Positions 49,696 to 63,659 of a stretch of DNA of 64,000 nucleotides are shown piece by piece. The translations under genes were made by a program, and so were the position numbers. Source of the DNA: Octopus sinensis (taxonomy: Eukaryota); assembly GCF_006345805.1 (NCBI RefSeq), contig NC_042997.1, forward strand, positions 117,428,001-117,492,000, in the 5' to 3' direction. The number at the start of each line of letters is the position of its first letter. The stretch's first letter is position 1. The notes below the pieces were generated by a model. It was not told the DNA's origin and did no database searches. It saw nothing but the letters and a program-made list of their open reading frames with translations.

Positions 49696-49899
49696 TATGT
49701 ATATGCGACAGGCTTCTTTCGGTTTCCGTCTAACAAATCTACTGACAAGGCTTTGGTTGGCCGGACGCTATAGTAGAAGACATTTGTCTAAAGTGCCGCG
49801 TTGTCGGACTGAACCCGGTATCATGTGGTTGAGAAGCAAGCTTCTTGCCAGACAGCCACGCCTGCACCTATTTCACTAACTTCTGTGTCCTACTTTCGT

Positions 49900-52100
49900 G
49901 TTAGTTTTTTAAGGTTTGTTGGGGAAAGATTTCTTTCTTTATGTGCCATGTCCAGAATATAGGACATAAGCGATCATGTCCTGCTACAAATTCTCCGTTC
50001 TTTGTTTTCTGAAACAGTCCCACTTCCTGATGTTTAATACCTCTTTCTTCTAACAACTTCCAACCACTTCGTCAAGTTGCACATCCACAACATCCTTCTA
50101 CTTCCTCTTCTCCTTTTCTCTTCAATCTTTCCGCTCATCGCTAAATGCTACGGCCCTCTTTCTTCATCACATGACCAAGAAATCTCAGTTGCTTCGCCCT
50201 TATCCTACGAAACAACTTCCTATTTTCCACAGCCCAATTCATCACTTGATTAGACGCTTTATCTGTCCGTGCCCTCCTCAATATTCTCCTTAAGAACCAC
50301 ATTTCACAGCTCTTCAAGCAACTTCTCACTTCTGATTTTATAGATCATGCATCACTTCCATACATTAACACAGGGTAGACATAGCAGTTTAATACATGGA
50401 TCGTGGTCTTGATGCTCAAAGTACGGTTTCCCAAGAGTTTATACAATTTTATCAATGCTGATTTTGCCAGTACTGTTTGTCTTTTGATTTCCTTTACACA
50501 TCGTTATGTCTTTTGTGTTCAATGTTCCAAAATAGTTGAAGGATGATATTTGCTTAATGATTTGGCTGTTCACTTTCAGTGTGCACTTTGGGATTCCCTT
50601 CTTTGTTACTACCATACACTCTGTCTTCTTGAAATTTATGAATAGATGCTTCTTCCCATTTGCTCTGAAGTTCCTTTTTCGATTCTACAAGTAAGACTGT
50701 ATCATCTGCATATCTTATGTTTGTGATGTTTCTGCCTCCGACAATAAGACCTAACGACGGATTTACTCAGATCTCTTCTGGAAATTTCTCGTCATCATAG
50801 ATCTTGTTTATTACATCAATCAATTTTCTAATTCCATATTCCTCCAATGCTTTTACCATTTCAAGGACAATTCCATCTAGTCCATCAACTTTGTTTTTTC
50901 TCATTTTGATTGCTATCTATACTTCAGATGGCAGGATCTTTATGCTCTCGTTAGAGTCGGGAAAACTAGGCAAGGTTGCTCTCGCATTAGTAAATAAATC
51001 TCCTGTATATTCTCTCCATCTATTCAAAATGTCAATCTTCCTAGCCAGCATGGTACCATACTTTGCTCTGATATATCCGGAGTTTGAGCCTTCTGACTTT
51101 GTATCCGAGATCTCATTTATCTTCCGATGTACTTTGTATTTTACCGGAAACAGCCTTTCAATTACTTCACTGTTCATTCAACAATGTCTCTTTAGCCTTC
51201 CTACACTTCTGTTTAATCAGTTTATCCAGTTCCTTATATTCTTTGGATTTTCCGATTTTCTGTCTCTTACTTATCATTGAAAGGATCTCCTCAGTCATCC
51301 ATTTCAGAATTTCCTAGGCTGTTCCTACTAAAGTGTTACTCATTACTTCTCAGGTAATTTCCCTGCCATTATTAATCAACTGATTAAATCTGTTCTCTAC
51401 ATTGATGGAATACTCCAGCTACACCTCTGGTCTATTCAGCCGCTCAAAATCCAGTTTCTTTGTAGTTCTTGTTCTCTTCAACTTCTCTAATTTACATTGG
51501 TGTGTGCATCCCATTGGTACACAGTCTCTCCCACGGTCTGCTCTTGAGTATGTTTCTGCATCTTTCATTGTTCTTTTAACTGCCATTGATGGAGATATAA
51601 TCAGTCTAGTGTCTCAAGTTGTCACCAGGGTCCCTCCAAGGGTAACATTCTTCTAGGATGCTCCTTAAACCATTTGTTCGTAATAATCATATGCTTTGCC
51701 TCACACCACCGTATTTACCTTCCACGTTGCTTATCTTCTCTCTAATTCCATACTGACCAACTGTTTTGCCATTCTGTCCACGACCCACCTTTATTTTCAG
51801 ATCTCCCTTGATGATATCAATTTCATCTGACTTGAACTGAGGTTTGGCTTCGTCCAATGTCTCTCTTCTTCTGTACTTTCTGCTGTGGCTGCGTAAACAA
51901 CTTTGAAGGAAATGTTAAATGGATGTCCATGCAGTTTGGCCAGTAGGACTGCTCAGTAGCCAAGGACATATTTTGCTATATCAGGATCTAACAGTGGTCC
52001 TACGCCTTTTCCATGTTCGTTACTGGTTGCATAGATTTCTTGTTAGGTTTTGAGAAAGGGACGGTACTCATAAACTTTGCAGATCCAATGTAACCGTCGA
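49900..52100 (-). mobile_element. Degraded RTE-clade LINE (APE, RT and C-terminal remnants)
   Basis: HMIITNKWFKEHPRR, DILNRWREYTGDLF, CEMWFLRRILR...LRFLGHVMKKEG. Confidence 0.85.
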
Positions 52101-52353
52101 GATTGATACTGTCAAAGTACCATTTAACCTGTTGCAAGTTGACACGTGCAAAAAAGACATGAACAGGAAGGAGATCCTGCAGGATAGTAAAAGAATAAAA
52201 TAATAAAAGAATAGTTACAAGGAAAAAATATCAGTTGAAGGAAGGAGGCAGTCGCTTACTCTGACTGCAGCGCTTGTCTGGGACTGTATTTTTACGATAC
52301 CCGAAAGTTGGAAAGGATTTGAACTCAAAATAATCAAAGTCAAAAGAGGACCC

Positions 52354-52986
52354 TAGCGGTTCTCAAACATATTTTGTCCTACGGAACCCTTTGATACGTG
52401 TTTTACCCTCGTAGCCATTCGATGTTTAGGAGTGGCTGTGTGTTAAGTAGCTTGCTTAGCAACCACATGGTTCTAGGTTCAGTCCCACTGCGTGGCACCT
52501 TGGGCAAGTGTCTTCTTCTATAGCTTCGGGCCGACCAAAGCCTTGTGAGTGGACTTGGTAGACGGAAACTGAAAGAAGCCTGTGGTATATATGTATATAT
52601 GTGTGTATGTGTTTGTGTGTGTCTGTGTTTGTTCCCCCCACCATCGCTTTACAACCGATTTTGGTGTGTTTACGTCCCCGTAACTTAGCGTTTCGGCAAA
52701 ATACACCGATAGAATAAGTACCAGGCTTACAAAGAATAAGTCCTGGGGTCGATTTGTTGGACTAAAAAAATGGTAGTACTCCAGCATGGCCGCAGTCAAA
52801 TGACTGAAACATATAAAAGAATAAAAAGGATATAATTATATTTAAATATTATAAACAGTTATATAAAAATTTTTTTAATATTGTGTGTATTACAGAAGTA
52901 TAACCTATTTATTGGCACATAAATTTTAACAACAAAATCTTATATGAACTCCTACAGAAGCTATGGACCCCGGTTGAGAGCCACTG
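52354..52986. mobile_element. hAT-type MITE with nested SINE B (52428-52830)
   Basis: TIR tagcggttctcaa / ttgagagccactg; same family as 30576. Confidence 0.65.
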
Positions 52987-53065
52987 CACTCTCGCAATTT
53001 AACAAATTCCCATGACACATGTATACAAGTGTTTCAAGAATAAGAAAATAGAAATATAATCTTAC

Positions 53066-53160
53066 TTAGACTGACGATGGTGCCAACCACAAACACGATC
53101 AGAATTGCAATAGGAACATTCATAGTATAAGATAAAGAATACAACTTCTGTATACCGCGG
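53066..53160 (-). CDS. SLC5 symporter exon (RGIQKLYSLSYTMNVPIAILIVFVVGTIVSL)
   Basis: CAG/GTAAG; LYSLSY motif plus last TM helix; phase 2 to 1. Confidence 0.92.
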
Positions 53161-53520
53161 CTGAAATAGAAAACAGACAGAAAAACTTAGCGACAATCAC
53201 TTTAACATCTTTTCAATCACGTTAGTTTGTTATATACATATATATATATTAGAAATATGTTTCAAAAAGAAAATAGAAAATAGGGACTATACGTGGAAAA
53301 GATATGGAGAAAGTAAGATGAAAAACAAAGCGAAAATGCACATTGGATATCAAAAAAATAAAGCCCTTTTTATGAAACGTAGCGATAGATATATGCAATT
53401 AGATGAACTGAGGTAGAATTAAGAGGAATAAAATTCATTATTTTAAATAGTTAAAGTGATTCAAAGTCATACCGGTATCGTCAAACGCTGTTCACTGGCT
53501 TTGAATGAGCACCGATTTCC

Positions 53521-53586
<66 letters not shown>

Positions 53587-53690
53587 ATATATATAGTAAC
53601 TGAATAGACTCCGAATAGACTATTAAACGGACTCCTGCTATAATCAACAACAGCAAAACTAACAACATCAGAAACGTCAGGTTTACTTAC

Positions 53691-53893
53691 ATCGAATATT
53701 TTGTTGTGTTTGTAACCATTTCAGCTGTTGTAAAATTGTGTGACGTAAAATGTATTGATATGTTAGTGATAGGACATTGATCAGTTGGTGCTGGAGGTAG
53801 GTAAGGTGTTGGAGGGAGTGTACTTGAAAATATCGATCCAAACGCAACCCACAGTGTAATGACTATGGCACAGAGCGTGCCGGCCAGCGCCCC
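53691..53893 (-). CDS. SLC5 symporter exon (GALAGTLCAIVITLWVAFGS...PTDQC...)
   Basis: CAG/GTAAGT; GAL-x-G...LWV-x-x-G motif; phase 0 to 2. Confidence 0.95.
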
Positions 53894-54289
53894 CTGGAAA
53901 TAATAAGAATGTATTTCAGTGACACAAAGAGAAAAAAATTATAGAGAAAGAATATAGTCAACTGGATAGACTGCGAGTATAACTAAGAGTCACGCTCGGA
54001 GTAGAGTTAATTAAAAATAATCCCAGAATAATCTCTCGAGTAAACTTCGAGTTTTGTCAACTTAACCGTCTTTGTATGCAATCATTTGAAAAGACATTCA
54101 GTAGGGTTAAATTTGGAGTATCATCCATTGAACAAACTCTTAGGATAATCGATTAAATTGACTCCTAGTATAATCTGTTAATTATGTGTAATAAAACGAA
54201 TAGACTCACAAAATGGTCAAATAAATAAACTCAGTGTACTCAACTTTATAGACTACCAGTATAACAAATTTAAATCTCTCTCTCGGTAT

Positions 54290-55047
54290 ATCAACTCCTG
54301 TGCTTGACTGATACTGATTTTATCGACTCAGAAATGATGACAGACCAAGTCGACCTCGGCAGAATTTGAACTTAGAACGTAAACCCGAACGAAATGTGGC
54401 TAATCATTTTACCCGGTGTGCTAACGATTCTGCCAGCTCACCGCCTTAATAATAACACTTTATACTATAGGCACAGAGTCTGAAATTTTGTGGGGAGGAG
54501 TATAGTCGATTATATCGACTCCGGTATTTGACTGGTACTTATTTTATCGACCCAGAAAGGATAAAAAGCAAAGTCAACCGCGGCAGAATTTGAACACAGA
54601 ACATGAAGACACACGAAATGCTGCTATGCATTTCGCCTAGCGTGTTAACGATTCTGCCAGCTCGCCGCCTTAAAAATAGCACTAATAAAAAATAATAGTA
54701 CTTTCTACTATAGGCATTAAGAACCATTTGCATACTGGGGTCGATGTAATCGACTGGCCCTCCCCCAAAATTTCGGGCCTTGAGCCTAGAGTAGAAAAGA
54801 TTATTATTATTATTATTAAGGTGGCGAGCTGGCAGAATCGCTAGCACGCCGGGCGAAATGGTTAGTGGTATTTCGTCTGTCGTTATGTTCAAAATCCAGA
54901 GCCTGGATTTTGAAGGAAGGCGGGCAGTCGATCATATCGACCCAAGTGTTTTATTGGTATTCAATTTATCGACCCCGAAAGGATGAAAAGCAAAGTCGAC
55001 CTCAGCGGAATTTGAACTCAGAACATAAAGGATGGAATGCCGTCGCC

Positions 55048-55103
<56 letters not shown>

Positions 55104-55457
55104 GAATTTTTCCCAGGGTTCTAAATGCAAGAATTTTTCGCAGGATTCTTGAAGCATGACCAGTAAACAAATGTCACCTTAGACTGCCAGCTGTGGACAG
55201 CTGACTCTTTCCATCATATCCAGCAAAATAAGCTGTGAGTTTTTATATAATAATCTTTTCTACTATAGAAAAGCCTGAAACTTGGGGGTAGGGGTCTAAT
55301 CGATTACATCGACCCCAATGCTTAATTGGTACTTAATTTATCAAAAGAATGAAAGGCGAAGTTGACCTCGGTGGAATTTGAACTCAGAACATAACGACAG
55401 ACGAAATACCACTAACCATTTCGCCCGGCGTGCTAGCGATTCTGCCAGCTCGCCACC

Positions 55458-55513
<56 letters not shown>

Positions 55514-55740
55514 TATAATAATAATAATAATAATAATAATCTTTTCTACTCTAGGCTCAAGGCCCGAAATTTTGGAGGAGGGCCAGTATGCAAATGGTAC
55601 TTAATTTATCGACCCAGAAAGGATGAAAAGCAAAGTCGACTTCAGCGGAATTTGAACTGAGAACATAAAGACAGATGAAATACCGCTAAGCATTTCGCCC
55701 GGCGTGCTAACGTTTCTACCAGCTCACCGTCTTAATAATA
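54290..55740. mobile_element. Cluster of about 7 SINE-A-related copies interleaved with (AAT)n
   Basis: Repeated heads ggcgagctggcagaatcg and tails ggccttgagcctagagtagaaaag(att)n in both orientations. Confidence 0.85.
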
Positions 55741-55755
55741 ATAATAATAATAATA

Positions 55756-55806
<51 letters not shown>

Positions 55807-55932
55807 TAATTTCGAAGTTTCAAGTTATTAAGCATGAATTTGGCCAATGACTTCGGGAGAAAGCACGGTGGCTTCGCTGTCCAAATTCTTTTTCACTATA
55901 TCAATGATAGTCAGTAACAGAAGCTCACAAAC

Positions 55933-56019
55933 CTTTTTATTTGCCCATGGACAGAGAGTACCAAAAAGTATCATTCCTGTTAAAGGACCCGAAAAGGAGG
56001 AAACCAAAGTGTCTCCAAT
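55933..56019 (-). CDS. SLC5 symporter exon (IGDTLVSSFSGPLTGMILFGTLCPWANKK)
   Basis: CAG/GT; GPL-x-G...P-x-AN motif of the SLC5A8/12/5/6 group; phase 0 to 0. Confidence 0.95.
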
Positions 56020-57594
56020 CTGGTAAACATAGAAGGAAGAAGAATAAATGCAAAATGAATTAGACAAATCTAATGTCATGTGTGAAACACAAATTTGTGT
56101 GTACAACATTACATAAATAATTATTTAAATTTAATTAACTAATTGATTTCGATCGTTGCTTCTCAATCAAGATAAATTCTCAATATTTTGAAAACAGTAT
56201 GAGTTATTTCAGGAAAAATACCGCAGTAATTGGCCTATTGACAGTGTATACATATTAAGTATGATATATATGTGGCTATTTTAATTAAATACTGCCTCAA
56301 TTACATGTTCTGGATTTTTAATCAGCTGGACAGCTTTTCGCAACATCAGAGGATATTTCATTCACATTTTTTAAATGTCAGAAACGATGAGCTCTCGTCA
56401 AAGCAAGTGGTTGGCTGCAAGTACACGCCATTAAAGAGGTCCAAAACGGTCGAAATACATGTCATTCTCGCGAGCCGCTGCGGGGATGAATTTTTGCCTC
56501 TTTTATATTTATTGTGTTTTTAACACTACAAGTGCGTATGAGATGTTAGTTCTGTACACATACTACAGTAACTGGCCTATCAGCCGTGTATGTGCGTTGA
56601 GTATGATCCATAAATAGCTATCTCTTTCTTATGCCCGGAGATCTATCTGATGCTGAAGATAATCCAGGCTTTTCAGCAGTAGTGTGATACAAGCCACGCC
56701 TAAGACATATTTTTCAGTTAAATTGACAAGAATAATTGAATAAGAGCAAGAATAACGAGAATGGTAATACAGTATTAATTACAATCCGCTTAACGACATA
56801 TTGCATCTTTTATATTTGACTTTCCACCTGGTTTAACACCTCCATCAGGTCTCTGGGAGTCTTTCGCGGAGCGCACTCTGTCGCAAGCATTCGGACCGGA
56901 TCATTTTCCAGCAACCATGGCGGTAGGAGACCTGGATAACATCCGCCAACCAGCAATGGAGATTCTAAAATTGTTATGGGCACCGCTTATGTTTCCTTTC
57001 CTGGCTAAGGCATTAAAATGATTAGGGTGTGAGAGAAGAAAGTTTTGATATTGATACCTTTGGAATCTCCATTAACAACACATACTGGCACTCAGTCGGT
57101 TTCGACGAAGAGTTGTTCCAGTTGACACCCGATCAGCGAAACAGCCTGATCGTGAAATTAATGCGCAAGTAAGTGGCTCAGCACTCACCAGACACGTGAA
57201 TTCTTAACGTATTTCTCGGGGAGATTCAGTGCGACACAGAATGTAACAAAGCTGGCCCTTTGAAATACAGGTAAACTCAACTCGTCTTTGCCAAGTGAGT
57301 GAACTGAAACAACGTGAAATAAAGTTGCCTTGTTCGCTAGAATCGAACACACGACGTTCCGATCGTTAACTGAATATCTTAACCGCTAAGCCACGCGCTT
57401 TCTCAACGTCATCAACTGCTTATAACAGCAGCAGCGAGGAAACAGTAAAAACTAATTTATTTTAATATAAAAAAACATGGAGGGCAAAGTGGACTCTGAA
57501 AATGAAAGGATTAAATTAAATAACGCAATGTATTTTGACGGATGCCATTGACGCCTCCCTCGACGGTTGAAAATTAAGTATTGATTTCACTTAC

Positions 57595-57665
57595 TTGTGT
57601 GAGAGTTCCACCAATATTAGAAACCAATACTGCTACTCCTAGCGACATCAAACCGTAGATAACCA
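57595..57665 (-). CDS. SLC5 symporter exon (VIYGLMSLGVAVLVSNIGGTLTQ)
   Basis: TAG/GTAAGT; phase 1 to 0. Confidence 0.93.
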
Positions 57666-57724
57666 CTAAAACCGACAAAAAAGATATTTAAAAAAAAGGA
57701 ATTAATGCTTATCTTTAATATTCA

Positions 57725-57905
57725 TTTCTACTTTAGGCACAGGGCTCGAAATTTTGCGGAAGGAGGCGTAGTCGATTATATCGACTCCAGTGTGTAACTG
57801 GTACTTATTTAATCGACCCAGAAAGGATGAAAGGCAAAGTCGACCTCGGCGGAATTTGAACTCAGAACGTAACTGCAGACGAAATACTGCTAAGCATTTC
57901 GCCCG
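57725..57905 (-). mobile_element. SINE family A variant, 5' truncated
   Basis: Consensus body. Confidence 0.8.
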
Positions 57906-59007
57906 GCTTATTTCTTACGCATATATTCAACAAATACATTGAGATAAAAAAAAATCGTCGTCATACAAATTATTGCATAGCTCTGGTTAAGTGTAATCGG
58001 TCACAAAAGATAGGGTGGAATTTTAAGAAGATTTAGCTGCCGTTTCTAGTACATCTGATGGCTGCATAGAGTAGGCATGGGCAACCTTTTTCGAGGAGTG
58101 GGCCGCATGAGACATGGCTCGTCGTAAGGTGGCCCGCATTACTAGAAAAATAAAAGGAAAATTTTCGTTTGGCGCGCCATTCAGAGAATCCCGCAAGCCA
58201 GACTACCAAATAATTTTTGAAGTCACGCGAGCTGCTGTGGTGCCTTGTCGGCTTCATAGGTTATCATTATTTAAATGAAACGTTTCTGCCAGCTCGCCGC
58301 TTTTATTATTACTAGTATTATCTTATTTGCTTCTTTCAGTCATTGAACTACGACCATGCTAGAGCATGGTGCTCTAGCATGGTCGCAGTTCAATGAACAA
58401 ATCGATGCCAGCATTTGCTCTTGTTAAAACTGGTACGTATTCTACCGTCTTTTTCAACTAGACTGCTAAGTTACAGGGACGTAACCAAATCAACACCGGT
58501 TCCAATGTGGCGTGGAGGAAAAGACTCACACATACACTCGCGCACATACATGCAGTTTCAGAGTTTTCGGATCGCGTGCGTAGGCACGAATTTGATTGAT
58601 CATCTTCAGTTGAACGACCGAAATTTCAAAATATTCACATCCCGGCCTATTTATTCGGTTGAAAACCCCAGTCAAAATAATTCGAACAAGGATCAGTGAA
58701 AAGATATGCAAACGATATAAATATTACTAAAAATGATATTACTATCCAGCAAACGCACCATAAAAAGTAAAATTATAAATACAAAGCGAATGTACACGAA
58801 GTACGATCATTGCTAGAAATAGCAACTAGTAAGTTGTCGGTGCTATGTAGAGCTTCACTGAATGTTTAAAGGCAGAGATGTTTGCTGGCGGTGAATATAG
58901 GAAAATTCTATCTTACCTCTACGAACACTGTGAGAGGTACATTCGATTTGTATTTATTCGTTGTTGGATAATAATATTATTATTTTTAATAATATTTATA
59001 TCTCTTG

Positions 59008-59092
<85 letters not shown>

Positions 59093-59689
59093 GTGTGTGT
59101 GTGTATACGTACGTATATATTTGTATATGTATATTTTATGATTTAGCCGTCCTTGCATGAAATTTTTGTCGATTTTTTAGACAAATATTACCCTGACGAG
59201 ATTCATATACATAAATGTGAAATTTTTATAAATTCACTAGTGGATATGAATCAAAACAAATTGTAGGGTATATATTTGTTTCGATTATTTGGTATATTAC
59301 ATTATATCATATTGTGTTATATCTTTTTATAGTATGATTATATTATACAATGTTAATAAATTTATATATTAATTGTATTTCTCCATTTCCTTTAACATTT
59401 ACATATATACATTGGTAGATAGACAGATATACGTATGTATGTATGTATGTATGTATATATATATATATATACACGCATACACATGCATACATATAAACAT
59501 GCATGTATACTATTATATAATAGTATACATGCCTGTTTACATGTATGCATGTGTATGCGTGTATATATATATATATTATACATATATATATACATATATA
59601 TACATATATATATACACGCATACACATGTATACATGTAAACATGCATGTATACTATTATATATGCACATACAAATATACACAGACAGAC

Positions 59690-59693
59690 AGGC

Positions 59694-59744
<51 letters not shown>

Positions 59745-59760
59745 TAGATAGATAGATAGT

Positions 59761-59820
<60 letters not shown>

Positions 59821-59825
59821 CAGAC

Positions 59826-59910
<85 letters not shown>
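59690..59910. repeat. (GACA)n(GATA)n microsatellite
   Basis: Direct reading. Confidence 0.95.
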
Positions 59911-59944
59911 TTGCTATTGTCTATTGGAAAATAAATGAGTTTAC

Positions 59945-60057
59945 CTGCAGCTTTGCATACGAAGGTGGCTTTTGCATCAGATGGTGATTTTAACATCGGT
60001 TGAAAAATATCTATCCATGTAATTGTAGAAAGACTACTAAGACCAGACGACATAGTA
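59945..60057 (-). CDS. SLC5 symporter exon ([21 protein letters not shown]...FVCKAA)
   Basis: CAG/GTAAA; helix carrying the Na2 site; phase 2 to 1. Confidence 0.95.
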
Positions 60058-60147
60058 CTGAAAAAAATTAATATAAAAATATCAAAGGTGAAATGGAATC
60101 TGTGAATGTTGGTACAAACATCAGTATTCTTTCATCCTTTTACTTGT

Positions 60148-60187
<40 letters not shown>

Positions 60188-60475
60188 TATATATAATATA
60201 TATATATATAATATATATATATATATATTAATATTAATATTTTCTAAAGATGTTTCCTTGTAAACTGTTTTAACATTTTCTCATTATTATCAAAGAATGT
60301 ATATATGTATTGTAATATTTTGTGACAACCAGTACTTAACACAATAAAGCTTTTACTTTTGACAATCTTTTTCTAAAAAAGTGAAACTGGTCAAGTGAAT
60401 AACATCTTTTAAAATTGCATTTTCAAACCTTTCATATATATTTCCACTCGTGCGGTATCTTACAACTTAACTTTG

Positions 60476-60520
<45 letters not shown>

Positions 60521-60808
60521 ATTAATATATATATATATATATATATATATGCATATATACATATATGTGTGTGTGTGTGTGTGTATTTATATGTGTGGGT
60601 ACGTATATATATATATAAAATTAGAAAAAAAAACAACTTTTATCAATTCAAAATGAACAATTAAATTACACCATCTAGAAAATGACATATAATAGAAATA
60701 TTAAAATTAAAATAACAATAACATGTCAATGATTAAGTAAATTGCAAAAACTAATAATAAAAACGGATTTGTAAGTTTGGATTTTATTCTCCTCAAAACA
60801 AATAATAA

Positions 60809-60865
<57 letters not shown>

Positions 60866-61092
60866 GAAGTTTCACGCTCCACTAGTATAGTACCCGTTTG
60901 ATTACTGTGTCATAAGCGCGGAACTTATAGCGAATCATATTCAAATCCTGATTTTTAAAAAATGATGTTTATCTCTGGATGGTTAACTTCTCTGTCGATG
61001 CTACCGTAATGAAACTGTACACTATATGTACGTGTGTATCTCTGTGCGTGTATACATAGATATACACACATACACATAAACGCGTGTGTGCG

Positions 61093-61157
<65 letters not shown>

Positions 61158-61499
61158 TAATAAGAAGCGCAGAAAACATAATTGGTATTTTTAAGCCTCT
61201 CATAGCTTAAGCGTGTTTCCCCCAGACGACTAGTAATGCTGTGCAAACCGACTGAACACTTTTTTCGGCATTAGCAGCAAAAGAAGTACAATATCTTGTG
61301 TATTGTATGCCTTTATATACCCCAGTTATGTTAAATGGGATATGTAAGTAATGTGGGATAGCGGAATAGAAGTTGATAGCAGGAGAAATGAAGGGATAAT
61401 GTTAAGAGGGGAAAATAAAAAGGAAAAGTGAGGAAAGCAGTAATGGGTATGTAGACCCATTCAGAGATAGTGGAGTAAAGTGGAGGAAGTGATGTTTAC

Positions 61500-61507
61500 T
61501 AGCTAGA

Positions 61508-61600
<93 letters not shown>

Positions 61601-61688
61601 TAGTAGTAGCAACAGCAGCAGCAGCAGCAGTAGTAGCAGTAGTAGTTGTAGTAGCAGCAGCAGTAGTAGTAGTAGTAGTAGTAGTAGC

Positions 61689-61720
<32 letters not shown>

Positions 61721-61749
61721 CAACAGCAGCAGCAGCAGTAGTAGTAGTG

Positions 61750-61783
<34 letters not shown>

Positions 61784-61784
61784 T

Positions 61785-61843
<59 letters not shown>

Positions 61844-61936
61844 CAGCAGCAGTAGTAGTAGTAGTAGTAGTAGTTGTTGTTGTTGTTGTTGTTGTTGTAG
61901 TAGTAGTAGTAGTAGTAGTAGTACCAACAGCAGCAG

Positions 61937-61971
<35 letters not shown>

Positions 61972-61985
61972 TTGTTGTTGTTGTA
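61500..61985. repeat. Compound (TAG/CAG/TTG)n trinucleotide tract
   Basis: Direct reading; accounts for the poly-L/T/V ORFs. Confidence 0.95.
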
Positions 61986-62239
61986 ACTAAGGTGAATTGC
62001 ATATATCAAGATGTGAAAATAAGAGCGTTGATTTGTCTGTATTGACGTTTTAATTGTATTTGGTTCCATTGGGGGTCGATTTGGCAGGCACAGCGTTTAG
62101 CTATTGTCTATATAAAGAGGTGTGTAAAACATTTTCATTCTCATGGTGCCAAACCAAGCGAATACATGCAGGAGGAGCTAAAGGTGAATCTATTTTTCAA
62201 GTGTTTATATTAGAGTCATACAAGAAATACTGTCCTTAC

Positions 62240-62328
62240 CTCAGACATGCACTGAATAATGCTGCCACGAATAATCCGGGCATTCCTCTCCAGTTTTGGA
62301 AAAGCATCAACATATAATAAGGCATGAT
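62240..62328 (-). CDS. SLC5 symporter exon (IMPYYMLMLFQNWRGMPGLFVAALFSACL)
   Basis: TAG/GTAAGG; MPY...G-x-PGLFVA motif of the SMCT/NIS/SMVT group. Upstream exons were not found and probably lie beyond 64000. Confidence 0.95.
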
Positions 62329-63234
62329 CTACAAAACAAAAAATAACACAATACATATGATGAGTTTCAATTAACAGTTTATTGTTGTATTTGGTGATAA
62401 ACAAGCAAACGATGAAATATCTACGAGATTAATTTGAAATGCTAGAAGTAGCTACCAATTTTTTTGACTTATCCCTGCTTAGTGTCCAAAACATGTACAC
62501 ACACACACACACATACACACACACACACAACATGTATATATATGTAGATGGAATTTTAAAATGTTTGTATTATTTTCGTGGTATTTTAGTACGTCCTTTG
62601 GAGGCGCAATGCCCCAGTGGTTAGGGCAGCGGACTCGCGGTCGGAGGATCGTGGTTTCGATTCCCAGACCGGGCGTTGTGTGTGTTTATTGAGCCAAAAC
62701 ACCTAAAAGCTCCACGAGGCTACGGCAGAGGGTGGTGGCGATCCCTGTTGTACTCTTTCGCCACAACTTTCTCTCACTCTCTCTTCCTGTTTCTTGAGTA
62801 ACACTGCGATGGACTGGCATCCCGTCCAGCTTGGGGGCACACATACGCCACAGAAACCGGGAAACCGGGCCCATCAGCCTGGCTAGGCTTGAAAAGGGCA
62901 ACGTTTTTGTTGTTTTTTTTAATACTTTATCATCTCAAATTTTTATTACACCAAAATATTATAACTTTTAAATGTAAATTCACTGCGGCTTATATATCAC
63001 ATCGATATTTATCTATTTATGTGTATCTTTACATTTATATATTTGGAATTTTTATTTCCGTTTTATAAATGTAGTAAAATATATGTATGTACTTGATTTT
63101 CGAATAAGGTTATTAATTATGTTCCTCTAGTTTCCGCTTGCATTGCCTCCATTCAAATTATTAAACGGAATATAGACTCCAGTCTGTATTTTATTTGCAA
63201 GTATTGTTAACACTAGCAAACTCAAAATAAAGCA

Positions 63235-63312
<78 letters not shown>

Positions 63313-63367
63313 GCAGTGTACATATATATATATAGCAGTGTACACACATATATATATATAGCAGTGT

Positions 63368-63415
<48 letters not shown>

Positions 63416-63424
63416 TATATATTA

Positions 63425-63455
<31 letters not shown>

Positions 63456-63659
63456 AAAGAAAATAAGAAAATAGAGAGGTTATTGAATTAATAATTATTT
63501 AATAATTATAAAATAGGAGCCGCACACACAACACACTGGGTCATGAAAATCTTAAAGGTACATCTTTAACCACCTCTGATGATATTCAGCTTTAAATGTT
63601 TTTAATTATCCTAATAAATTTCTAAAAGTCTTGAATCGAAACATATGTGTGAGATGATG

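Noticed and set aside
62100-62200. Candidate exon TFSSSCMYSLG next to the 62240 exon
   Set aside because: In-frame stop and no donor; the true next exon is 59945-60057.
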